Below are positions 28,422-36,766 of a stretch of 64,000 nucleotides of DNA, one piece after another. The stretch lies in contig WTFW01000083.1 of NCBI GenBank assembly GCA_011523785.1, positions 9 through 64,008 of the forward strand, in the 5' to 3' direction. Position numbers and translations under genes: made by a program. The stretch comes from Chloroflexota bacterium. Its GTDB lineage: Bacteria > Chloroflexota > UBA11872. The notes under the pieces are model-generated. The model did no database searches and had not been told where the DNA came from. It saw only the letters and a list, made by a program, of their open reading frames with translations. Within the stretch, counting starts at the first letter, position 1; the number at the start of each line of letters is the position of its first letter.

Positions 28422-28526
28422 TCCCGTGTTGTGAAGAGGTCTTGACAAGCTGGGCGGGGAGGGTCGGCCAGGACGTTGAGGCCGCTGACTGGCGATCAGA
28501 CCTCTTGAACTCCTGCGAACACGGGA
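28422..28526. repeat. Nested long inverted repeat (105 nt) in a convergent spacer; bidirectional terminator or structured RNA candidate
   Basis: Outer arms tcccgtgtt (28422..28430) / aacacggga (28518..28526). Inner arms aagaggtct (28434..28442) / agacctctt (28498..28506). Confidence 0.5.
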
Positions 28527-28539
28527 CTGACCGATCCGG

Positions 28540-28899
28540 CTAAGCTCGGTAGTCGATGGCGATAACGACCCCGGCGACGATCTCCTCGACTTGGTCGGCC
28601 TTGAGTGCGCCGATCCGCCGTATGAAGCGCTCGGTGGACACACTGCGTACCTGCAGGAAGTCGGCGGCCGACTCCGCGTGCAGGCCGTTCCTCTCGTTGA
28701 CGGCAATCGGCAGCTTGTTGAGTTGGCCCAGGTACTCCGCTCGCCACGTGGTCAACGGAACGACGATGCGAATGGGCGCATCGTCAAGCGCTGGCGAACT
28801 GATCACGACGACTGGTCGGTCGCGCTGCAACTCTGCGCCGACCGCGCGCGGAAGGCGAAGCAGCCAAACGTCGCCACGCGTTGGTGAGTCGCTCGCCAC
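28540..28899 (-). CDS. mazF: PemK/MazF-family type II toxin (endoribonuclease)
   Basis: 119 aa. GDVWLLRLP...RPVVVISS...IVVPLTT pattern typical of MazF/PemK. Confidence 0.88.
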   Translation of the reverse strand: MASDSPTRGDVWLLRLPRAVGAELQRDRPVVVISSPALDDAPIRIVVPLTTWRAEYLGQLNKLPIAVNERNGLHAESAADFLQVRSVSTERFIRRIGALKADQVEEIVAGVVIAIDYRA

Positions 28900-28913
28900 T
28901 GCTTGCGCTGGGG

Positions 28914-29159
28914 CTAATGAACCCGGTCAGCCAGCGTCGTGTCCCATGCCTCAGTCTCGCCGGGGTCAACCGCGATCTGCGCGTCGCGCAGCACGCGATG
29001 GCGTTCCTCCAGCGAACGCCGTGCCAGATCGCGGAGGGATGCCCGATGCCCCCGGATCTTGTCCGTGCGACGCGAGACACCCTGGTACAGCCGGTCGGCC
29101 AGGCCCTGCAACGACAGTCCGGCCGCCAGCCGCGCCTGCCGAAGCCGTGCTCCCAGCAT
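28914..29159 (-). CDS. Putative antitoxin with an XRE-like helix-turn-helix N-terminus
   Basis: 81 aa immediately upstream of mazF with a 14-nt gap. LGARLRQARLAAGLSLQGLADRL..GVSRRT resembles an XRE HTH. GAGGAG SD sits 8 nt upstream of the ATG. Confidence 0.65.
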   Translation of the reverse strand: MLGARLRQARLAAGLSLQGLADRLYQGVSRRTDKIRGHRASLRDLARRSLEERHRVLRDAQIAVDPGETEAWDTTLADRVH

Positions 29160-29222
29160 CCGGGTATCTCCTCTTTCGCCGCCACGTTCGCCAAGCGTAC
29201 GGCATAGCCGCTATAGACCTGC

Positions 29223-29262
29223 GGTCAACCAACCGTTGACCATCACCTGCTGATTATCAGCA
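29223..29262. promoter_or_regulatory. Two adjacent palindromes upstream of the toxin-antitoxin operon; candidate autoregulatory operators
   Basis: GGTCAAC-N5-GTTGACC (29223..29241) and TGCTGAT-t-ATCAGCA (29248..29262), 64-103 nt upstream of the antitoxin ATG. Confidence 0.5.
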
Positions 29263-29510
29263 ATGTGTCGCCTGCGCGCCGGGGATCGGAGCGTTGATCT
29301 CCGGGCCAGGAGCACGGCTAGACACACACCGTGAGGTGGACCGTCCTCCAGCGAACGCGCGCCGCCGCCGACCCGTCGGCTGTGTCTCAGACCTCGCTGG
29401 TCGGTACGGCTAGCTGGGGTCGCGTGGTTGGGCGAGGAAGCGGTAGGAGAAGACTTGCCCGTACGCGAGCCGGGTGTGGAGAAACAGGTCCGACGGCCCT
29501 CGCGACGCTC

Positions 29511-30701
29511 TCACGAAGGCGGCATCTCCTGACTGAGCTCGAATCGGTCGAGCACTCCGCGCATATCGGTCAGCGGTACAGCCTCCGCGTTAGGTCGGGA
29601 CTGGCGGGTGTCGCCGCCGTAGATGACGGCTTTGGTGGTGATGTCGGGGATCAGGGCGGCGACGCGGTGCAGGGACGTGAAGTAGTCGCTGGCGATGGTG
29701 GCGCCGGACTTGATCTCGAGGGCGCCGATGTTCTGACCGGTCTCGTAGAAGAGGTCGCATTCGAGGCCGCGGGAATCGCGGAAGAAGGACAGGTTGGGAC
29801 GGCGGCCGCGGTTGAACCGGTACTTAAGCGTCTCCGCCACCACCAGGTTCTCGAACAGGGCGCCGCGCAGCGGATGCGTGACGAGCTGGTCCGCGTGTTC
29901 GATGCCGATGAGGTAGCTGGCCAGGCCCACGTCGTAGAAGTAGAGCTTTGGCGACTTGACCAGGCGCTTGCGGATGTTGGCGTGGTAGGGCGGTAGCTGA
30001 CAGACGATGTAGCTCGCTTCCAGCAGGGTGAGCCACTGGCGCGCCGTCGTATGCGACACGCCCGCGTCGGAGCCCAGCGCGCTCAGGTTGATCAGCTGGC
30101 CCACGCGCCCCGCGCACAGCCGCACGAAGCGCCGAAAGCTGGACAGGTTGCGGATCTCGCCCATCCGGCGAACGTCACGCTCCACGTAGGTCTCGATGTA
30201 GTCGCCCAGCGCCTGCCGCCGCTCCAGCCGCTGGTCCAGGATGCGGGGGTAGAAGCCGGAGAACAGCATCTCGTCGATCGCGAGGCTCGCCCCGATCCGC
30301 TGCCGCTCGGCCAGAGAGAAGGGCAACAGGCATAACAGCGCCGTGCGCCCGGCCAGCGACTGGCTGATGGCGCTGGATAGCTGGAACTGCTCGCTGCCCG
30401 TCAGTACGAACAGGCTGTTGCGCCGCCGCTCGTCCGCAAGCACCTGCAGGTAGGACAGCAGTTCAGGGACGTGCTGGATTTCGTCGATGATGGCGCCCTC
30501 GCCGAGTTGCGCCAGGAACCCCCGGGGATCCGACTCGGCGAACGCCCGTTGGTCGGGCGCCTCCAGGTTGGCATAGGCGAGGTCGGGAAAGGCCGCCCGG
30601 CACAGGGTTGTCTTTCCGGACTGTCGCGGTCCCGTGACGGTGACAAAGGGGTACTGTTGGAACAGCCGCGTGAGGCGACCGGCGATTTCGCGTTCGATCA
30701 T
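29511..30701 (-). CDS. AAA-family ATPase with DUF4143 domain
   Basis: Walker A VTGPRQSGKTTL, and the architecture typical of the ATPase(AAA_14)+DUF4143 family. ATG 30701 (MIEREIAGRL) is preferred within ORF 29511..30737. Confidence 0.85.
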   Translation of the reverse strand: MIEREIAGRLTRLFQQYPFVTVTGPRQSGKTTLCRAAFPDLAYANLEAPDQRAFAESDPRGFLAQLGEGAIIDEIQHVPELLSYLQVLADERRRNSLFVLTGSEQFQLSSAISQSLAGRTALLCLLPFSLAERQRIGASLAIDEMLFSGFYPRILDQRLERRQALGDYIETYVERDVRRMGEIRNLSSFRRFVRLCAGRVGQLINLSALGSDAGVSHTTARQWLTLLEASYIVCQLPPYHANIRKRLVKSPKLYFYDVGLASYLIGIEHADQLVTHPLRGALFENLVVAETLKYRFNRGRRPNLSFFRDSRGLECDLFYETGQNIGALEIKSGATIASDYFTSLHRVAALIPDITTKAVIYGGDTRQSRPNAEAVPLTDMRGVLDRFELSQEMPPS

Positions 30702-30723
30702 GTTCGTCACGCTACGGTGGAAC

Positions 30724-30758
30724 TGCACAAATTGCAAGTAGAACTTTCAATTTGTGCA
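30724..30758. promoter_or_regulatory. AT-rich perfect 11-bp inverted repeat (TGCACAAATTG-N13-CAATTTGTGCA) just upstream of the ATPase gene
   Basis: Read directly. It lies between the stop of the upstream minus-strand gene (30830) and the ATPase start. Confidence 0.4.
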
Positions 30759-30829
30759 AAGGGCGGGGCGCGCGGCAAGGCCGACGTGACGCTCCGGCGC
30801 CTGCTGGCGCTGGGCTGGGAGCTTGCTTG

Positions 30830-32257
30830 CTAGCTCAGATCCCGCGCCTCATTCCCAAACCGGTATGCAAACACCTGCCCGTAGCTGAACTCGATGTGGA
30901 CGCGCACCCGTTCGCCGGCGGTCGCGCCCAGGTCGGGCGAGCCGTTCCAGGTCACCGCATGCTCCACCGAGTCCCCGCGGATCTCGTCGCACTCGTCCAG
31001 CGTCAGGCCGGGGATGGGCGTGCCGTTGCTGGTGCGGACTTCCACCTTGGCCCAGCCGTTGCGCACGTTCGCGTTCAGGAACAGGCGCCGCCCGCCCGCC
31101 ATTACCCGGTCCGTCACGATCCAGCCCGCGCGCCGTCCGGCCGACAGCCCGGCAAAGCGGTCCAGGCCCAGGACAAACGTGCCAATGCCGCCCGTTCGGT
31201 AGTTCACCCCGTGGGCCTCTTCGCGGCCGTGGAACCAGAACCGCATGCGGTCGCCTTCGCGCACCGGCGGGCTGTCCGACATGTTGACCCACGAGTCGTC
31301 CCAGCCGCCTTCGGCGCCCAGGTCCACGAACCGCTCGTGCCGGAACGGCCGCTGCCAGTGCAGCCCGTCCAGGCTGCTGGCCAGCGTCACCCACATGCGC
31401 TCCACCTCCGTGTCGTACAGGTTCACGAAAGCCAGGTAGCGGTTGCCGTAGACGATCGGCGCGATGTTGTAGAACTCCGTCCCGCGCGTATCGAACACGT
31501 CGTTGCTCAGCGCCATCGTGTAGTCCGACCAGTTGAGAAAGTCCTGGCTGCTGGCTCGCACCACAACCCGCTTGTACGGCAGCGCGTCCGCCGTAGCTCC
31601 GGGGTCGCGGCTGGGGATATAGCGCGGCGGCCGCAGGAATAGCCAGTAGTCCCCGCTTACCGGATCCTTGATCGCCGAATGCCGGTCCCCCGCCTGGGCG
31701 TAAATCGGGTCCGGATGCAGCGTCCAGGCAATCCCGTCCGGGCTGAACATGGCGTACAGCCCATCGCCCACCCGGTCCCGAAACACATGATGCACCGGAA
31801 TCTTGTAGCGCCGTTCCGGCCCGCCCACGTCGTCCACGATCAGCCCGTGCGATTCCATGGCCCGGCAGCCCGGAATCAGCGACGGTCGGTGAAAGATGTT
31901 GTTGTCGGTGTTGCCGCCAAACTCGATCTGCCCCAGGTTCGGCTTATTCCAGTCGATGCCGTCGTCCGACTCGGCATAGTTCAGCAGCACTTGATCGCCT
32001 GTCGGGCTGTCGTAGTCGAAACTCCGGTACCACATGCGAAAGCCGCCCGTGGCCTCGTCCTTCAGGATGGATAGATCCATCCCCACGCCGCGGCCCTCCC
32101 AGGGCTGGTCGGCCGTCATGATGGGATCGTGCGAGCGCCGTTCCGGGCGCCCGATCGTCGGCGTCACGTTCCACGAGGCATCTACCTCAAGGTCGTCTAC
32201 AAACAGGTGCAGGTGCGGGTCGTACATGGCTGGCTTCCTTCTGTCCCGCGAGTACAC
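30830..32257 (-). CDS. Putative glycoside hydrolase with a beta-propeller-like fold (GH32/43/130-like); function uncertain
   Basis: 475-aa ORF with good coding character. Recurrent W/D-rich blade-like segments (DGIDWNKP, SPDGIAWT, SLDGLHWQRP) and a C-terminal beta-sandwich-like tail. Family not confidently recognised. The start may be ATG 32227. Confidence 0.5.
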   Translation of the reverse strand: MYSRDRRKPAMYDPHLHLFVDDLEVDASWNVTPTIGRPERRSHDPIMTADQPWEGRGVGMDLSILKDEATGGFRMWYRSFDYDSPTGDQVLLNYAESDDGIDWNKPNLGQIEFGGNTDNNIFHRPSLIPGCRAMESHGLIVDDVGGPERRYKIPVHHVFRDRVGDGLYAMFSPDGIAWTLHPDPIYAQAGDRHSAIKDPVSGDYWLFLRPPRYIPSRDPGATADALPYKRVVVRASSQDFLNWSDYTMALSNDVFDTRGTEFYNIAPIVYGNRYLAFVNLYDTEVERMWVTLASSLDGLHWQRPFRHERFVDLGAEGGWDDSWVNMSDSPPVREGDRMRFWFHGREEAHGVNYRTGGIGTFVLGLDRFAGLSAGRRAGWIVTDRVMAGGRRLFLNANVRNGWAKVEVRTSNGTPIPGLTLDECDEIRGDSVEHAVTWNGSPDLGATAGERVRVHIEFSYGQVFAYRFGNEARDLS

Positions 32258-32355
32258 CGAGTCTAGGGCGCGCGGCGCATCCGCGCCCCTCTGCCCTCAC
32301 CATTTCGCCCTACAATGTGTCCCTAGCGCCGACAGTCCCGTCCTCGATTTGGGGC

Positions 32356-32562
32356 ATGGAGAGAGAGGGCTTACCTGTGTCGATCCGAAAGTGGCGCACC
32401 GCCGCCATGCTCCTGGTCGCCAGCGCCGTCGCGGCCACCCTATTCGCCGGCTGCGGCGGCGAGTTCGAGTTCAAGCCCAGCGGCAGCGGCCGCGGCCAGG
32501 GCGTCAACTACCAGCAGGCTCCCGGCTCGCTGTACGAGGCGACACCCACGCCCTCGTCCTGA
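32356..32562 (+). CDS. Small putative lipoprotein
   Basis: Signal peptide with lipobox LFAGC (MEREGLPVSIRKWRTAAMLLVASAVAATLFAGCGG). ATG 32356 lies within ORF 32317..32562. Confidence 0.5.
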   Translation: MEREGLPVSIRKWRTAAMLLVASAVAATLFAGCGGEFEFKPSGSGRGQGVNYQQAPGSLYEATPTPSS

Positions 32563-32595
32563 CACAGGTCCGCCGCCAGGTTCACGCGGCGGACG

Positions 32596-33335
32596 CTAGG
32601 TCGCAGACGCCTCCTGCTCCGACTCCTCCTTGAGGAATGCTTCGGCGGACTCCAGGTACACCTGAGGGAACCCGGCCACCGGCCGATTGCCGGTGATGGC
32701 TCGCTTGGCCTCGTTTGGTGAGAGCCCCCGCAGCGCCCGCAGGATCACGTAGGTCATCAGTGGGCCGCGGTGGACACCCTCGCGGCAGTGCACGTAGAGC
32801 TGGCACGACGGGTCCGCCAGCGCCCGCCGCGCGAACGACAGCCCACGCCGGAACCATGAAGCCGGCTTCGGCTCCAGATCGTCCACCACCGGGACCCACG
32901 TCGCCCTGAAATCCCGCCGCACCTGGGCGCCATGCGGGTCCGTGCTCACGTTCAGCACGTGCGTCACGCCCGCCGCCCGCAGCGCTCCCAGCGAGGCCGG
33001 ACTGGGCCGGCCCCCAACCCACACCCCGTCCGCGACCTCGGATGGTGGATACGGCAGTGCACGTAGAGCTGGCACGACGGGTCCGCCAGCGCCCGCCGCG
33101 CGAACGACAGCCCACGCCGGAACCATGAAGCCGGCTTCGGCTCCAGATCGTCCACCACCGGGACCCACGTCGCCCTGAAATCCCGCCGCACCTGGGCGCC
33201 ATGCGGGTCCGTGCTCACGTTCAGCACGTGCGTCACGCCCGCCGCCCGCAGCGCTCCCAGCGAGGCCGGACTGGGCCGGCCCCCAACCCACACCCCGTCC
33301 GCGACCTCGGATGGTGGATACGGCTCAAAGAACAT
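32596..33335 (-). pseudogene. Cys-based (dual-specificity/tyrosine) protein phosphatase gene interrupted by an exact 269-bp internal tandem duplication
   Basis: CX5R active site VHCREGVHRG. ORF 32964..33335 holds the true N-terminus up to ..LYVHC, then changes frame. ORF 32596..33291 holds the full domain behind an out-of-frame leader. Removing one repeat copy gives 471 nt, a single 156-aa ORF. Confidence 0.85.
32783..33320. repeat. Direct tandem duplication, 2 x 269 bp, copies identical by eye
   Basis: Copy 1 is 32783..33051 and copy 2 is 33052..33320. The period was measured from actgggccgg at 33001 versus 33270. A 4-nt cggc microhomology sits at the junctions. Confidence 0.9.
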
Positions 33336-33600
33336 TACAGCCCGCCTTGCAAGTAGCCGGTCCTCATCGTCCCGTTTGTGGGCGTCTGCCCTCCGGCTCC
33401 CGCCCCATTGTCCAGCCCGGAGCCGTGGCGGTCACATCGCGGCGACGCTCGCAGGTACGGTTATTCGCGGTGTCGGGCACTCGTCTTCCGCCTTGACGGT
33501 CTGGCACCAGTGGCTGCGCCACCGCAACCCTAGCGAGAGTGGCTATGCCACCCACTATGATGGCGCTCCCTTTTCGACCGTTGTTGGATCGGGCCGCCTG

Positions 33601-34497
33601 ATGTGGCAGTCGTCGGATCCCTTGCAGACCGCCGCGCTGGACGTGGCCGACGCCGTGTTTCCCTACGACTATCGCGGCGTCCGGCCTGCGCTGGCCCGCC
33701 TGCCCACCGACGCCTACGCCCGCGCCGCCACTGAGCTGCTGGACCGCCGCCCCGGCGTCGTCCTGCTGATTACCGGCTTTCCCATCAAAGGCATTGCCGA
33801 GACCGATGGTCCCCCTGGCGCCGCCGCCGTGGGACGCGCCTTGCAGGCCCTCAGCTGGCATGTCGTGACTGTGGTTGATCCCATGACCCGACCCGTGATC
33901 GAAGCCCTGGGCCGCGACCTGGGCGAGATTGAGGAGATCGACGCCCAAGGCGTCCGGCAGGCCGAAGCCGCCACCGGCCGGCTGCTGGACCGGATTCGTC
34001 CCCACGCCGCCATTGCCATCGAGCGGCCCGGGCTGACGGCCGATGGCCGCCTGGCCAACATGCGCGGCGAAACCCTGGACCCCTCGCCCGTCCCCATGGA
34101 CGGCCTGCTGCGTGTGCCCATCAGCATGGGCATTGGCGATGGCGGCAACGAACTGGGACTGGGCAGCCTGGCCGGCTTCATGCGCCGGCAGCGCATCTCG
34201 CCCGCCCCCTGCATCACCCGCGCCCGGCACGTGCTGCTGGCCTCCGTGAGCAACTGGGGCGCGTACGGGTTTACGGCCATGTTGGAAATGCTGGCCGGCC
34301 GGCCGCTGATGCCAACCGAGGCCGACGATCGCCGCTGGATGCGCGCAATCGTGCGAGCCGGCGCCGTGGATGGCGTTACCGCCCGCTGCGAACCCACCGT
34401 GGACACCTTCCACTACGACCGCACGGCGAACGTTCTGCACCGGCTGGCCGACGTCTGCGAGACCTACGCCCAGGCGAACGGACGGGTCCCGGCATGA
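33601..34497 (+). CDS. DUF4392-domain protein (D-glutamate cyclase C-terminal-domain homolog)
   Basis: ITGFPI..GIAETDGPPGAAAVGRAL, AIERPG and GIGDGGNELG motifs. ATG 33601 is preferred, because the upstream part of ORF 33211.. is an out-of-frame read of the neighbouring duplication. Confidence 0.8.
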   Translation: MWQSSDPLQTAALDVADAVFPYDYRGVRPALARLPTDAYARAATELLDRRPGVVLLITGFPIKGIAETDGPPGAAAVGRALQALSWHVVTVVDPMTRPVIEALGRDLGEIEEIDAQGVRQAEAATGRLLDRIRPHAAIAIERPGLTADGRLANMRGETLDPSPVPMDGLLRVPISMGIGDGGNELGLGSLAGFMRRQRISPAPCITRARHVLLASVSNWGAYGFTAMLEMLAGRPLMPTEADDRRWMRAIVRAGAVDGVTARCEPTVDTFHYDRTANVLHRLADVCETYAQANGRVPA

Positions 34498-35312
34498 GGT
34501 CGTCCCCGACCTTTGCCAGCGGCGCCCAGGTCCGCGCCGCCTGCCGCTCGGGCCAGTGGGACCGACCCACCCACGGCATGGCCGACGGCTACGTCCAGGC
34601 CAACCTCGTCATGCTGCCGGCCGGCGACGCCGACGACTTCCAGGCCTTCTGCGAAGCCAACCCCATTCCCTGCCCGTTGCTCGAGCGAACGGAGTCCGGC
34701 AACTTCGAACCCGCCGCGTTCGCCCCCGGCGCCGACCTGCGCACTGACGCCCCCCGCTACCGGATCTACCGCCAGGGCGTCCAGGACCCCGGGGAGCCCA
34801 CCGACGTGCTGGCGCAGGTCCAGGACGACATGGTCGGCTTCCTGCTCGGCTGCAGCTTCACCTTCGAGGCCGCCATGGCCCGCGCCGGGTTCGAGCTCCG
34901 CCACCAGACGCAGGACGTCAACGTGCCCATGTACCGGACCAGCCTGGCCTGCCGCCCCGCCGGCGACTTCGCCGGACCAATGGTCGTGAGCATGCGACCC
35001 GTGCAGGCCGATCGCGTGCCGGAAGTCTGCGAGATCACGGCCCGCTACCCCGGCGTCCACGGCGCCCCCGTCCACGCCGGCGATCCCCTCACCATCGGCA
35101 TCCAGGACATCGATCGGCCCGACTGGGGCGAACCCGTGGAAATCCGCCCCGGCGAAGTCCCCGTCTTCTGGGGCTGTGGCGTCACCCCCCAGGCCGTCGC
35201 CCAGGCCAGTCGCCCCACCCTCATGATCACCCACGCCCCCGGCCATATGTTTGTGACGGACCGGCTGGACTCCGAATTGGAACAGCCCGACGCGGCCAGC
35301 GACTCCTCGTAG
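34494..35312 (+). CDS. Putative hydro-lyase, DUF1445/UPF0317 family (D-glutamate cyclase N-terminal-domain homolog)
   Basis: GYVQANLVMLP and FCEANPIPCPLLE motifs. ATGA overlap with the upstream gene. Confidence 0.85.
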   Translation: MRSSPTFASGAQVRAACRSGQWDRPTHGMADGYVQANLVMLPAGDADDFQAFCEANPIPCPLLERTESGNFEPAAFAPGADLRTDAPRYRIYRQGVQDPGEPTDVLAQVQDDMVGFLLGCSFTFEAAMARAGFELRHQTQDVNVPMYRTSLACRPAGDFAGPMVVSMRPVQADRVPEVCEITARYPGVHGAPVHAGDPLTIGIQDIDRPDWGEPVEIRPGEVPVFWGCGVTPQAVAQASRPTLMITHAPGHMFVTDRLDSELEQPDAASDSS

Positions 35313-35465
35313 GGGCGGCGACTGAGACTCGCCCGTCGTCCGGTCGGACCGAACCAGGATTCGTGATAAGCCATTTCGGGAGTCTTCGATGGACCGTGTC
35401 GAACCACCCCACCCCCCCGCGAAGACGGCCTCAGCGGGTATCCGCCTTCGTATTCTGGTCACTCC

Positions 35466-35969
35466 ATGGACTCTTCCGTACGCCTCGCCGAATCCGCCGA
35501 CCACCGTGCCGCCTGCCGCCTCTACGCCGAAGCCGACGCCCTCCATTCCCGGGAGCGTCCGGACCGTTTCCGGCCAACCGACCGGCCCGCCCGCTCGCGG
35601 CGCTTGTTTGACGCCCACCTGGCCGACCCCGAACAGGCGCTCTTTGTGGCTGAAGTGGATGGTGATGTCGTGGGCCTGGTGCGCGTCCAGGCCCTGGAAC
35701 GGCTCGAAGTGCCCGATGTTCCCGCCCTCACGCCCCGCCGCTACGCCATGGTCCAGGAACTCGTCGTCGCCCGAACGCATCAACGACGCGGCATCGCCAC
35801 GCGCCTGATGACCGAAGCCCACCGCTGGGCCCGCGACCGCGGCCTTACCCAGATCGGGCTCAGCGTCTACGACTTCGACCAACCCGCCCTGCGGCTCTAC
35901 CAAAAGCTCGGCTACGCCCCCGACAGCCACCGCCTTTCAACTACGCTGGATTCGACGACCGACCACTGA
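35466..35969 (+). CDS. GNAT-family N-acetyltransferase
   Basis: 167 aa. QELVVARTHQRRGIATRLM (acetyl-CoA-binding motif A) and ALRLYQKLGY. Confidence 0.88.
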   Translation: MDSSVRLAESADHRAACRLYAEADALHSRERPDRFRPTDRPARSRRLFDAHLADPEQALFVAEVDGDVVGLVRVQALERLEVPDVPALTPRRYAMVQELVVARTHQRRGIATRLMTEAHRWARDRGLTQIGLSVYDFDQPALRLYQKLGYAPDSHRLSTTLDSTTDH

Positions 35970-35989
35970 CCCTTCGGCAGACGAATTCG

Positions 35990-36538
35990 GTGGCCATCGT
36001 GCTGAAAAAGCGACTCCTCTTTCCGGCGATCCAGCGCCTCGGCGTTTGTGCTGGCACCCTCGCGATGCTGACGCTGGGTACCGCCCTGCTGAACGGCTGC
36101 GGGGAACGGTCGGCAGCGGGCCCAGGTGAGTCCGCTGGCGTGCTCTCCGACCAGCGTGTTCAGCGCGGCCGAAACCTATTCGCCGCCAACTGCGCGGCCT
36201 GCCACGGCGCCGGCGGCGAGGGACAGCCGGACTGGCACATCAGCAAGCCCGATGGCACCCTGCCGGCCCCACCGCTCAACGGCGACGGGCACACCTGGCA
36301 CCACGCCGACGGCTTCCTGTACCGCGTCGTCGACGAGGGCGGCAAATTCCAGGAAGACCCCCGCGTCCCCGACTTCAAGAGCGCCATGCCCGCCTTCGGC
36401 GACCGCCTCGGCCACCGGGACATCGTCGCCGTCCTCACCTACGTCAAGTCCCTCTGGGGCGACAAGACCCGCGGCGGCTTTTCCATCCTTGAATCACAGG
36501 CCATCATCAGCCGGAACGACCCGTTCCCCTCTGGCTGA
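35990..36538 (+). CDS. Lipoprotein c-type cytochrome (class I)
   Basis: CAACHG heme-binding CXXCH, distal Met region (FKSAMPAFG), and a signal peptide with lipobox LLNGC. Confidence 0.88.
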   Translation: MAIVLKKRLLFPAIQRLGVCAGTLAMLTLGTALLNGCGERSAAGPGESAGVLSDQRVQRGRNLFAANCAACHGAGGEGQPDWHISKPDGTLPAPPLNGDGHTWHHADGFLYRVVDEGGKFQEDPRVPDFKSAMPAFGDRLGHRDIVAVLTYVKSLWGDKTRGGFSILESQAIISRNDPFPSG

Positions 36539-36766
36539 CCGCGGCACCCCTGGCCTGGCCCGGCGGTGCTAACGTAACAGTGGTTAAGTATCCATCGGGC
36601 GGATCGATGCATCGGTCTATGTACGTCATTGCCCCGTCGTTAGAAACGCCGCGCCTGGGGCCGCGAGCGACCACCCGTCTGGATCGCCTGTGCGCCGTCG
36701 GCCGGTCTCACCCAGGCTTGCCCATGTCCTCGGAAGTCTTGGCGGGCTGAAGAGCGTGTCTGTTTC

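Noticed and set aside
32783-33320. Diversity-generating retroelement template/variable repeat pair
   Set aside because: The two copies are tandem and appear identical, with no adenine-specific differences. No reverse transcriptase gene is present in the window.
33211-33600. N-terminal 130-aa extension of the DUF4392 ORF
   Set aside because: The extension is a reverse-strand, out-of-frame read of the duplicated phosphatase region plus the spacer. The conserved domain begins after ATG 33601.
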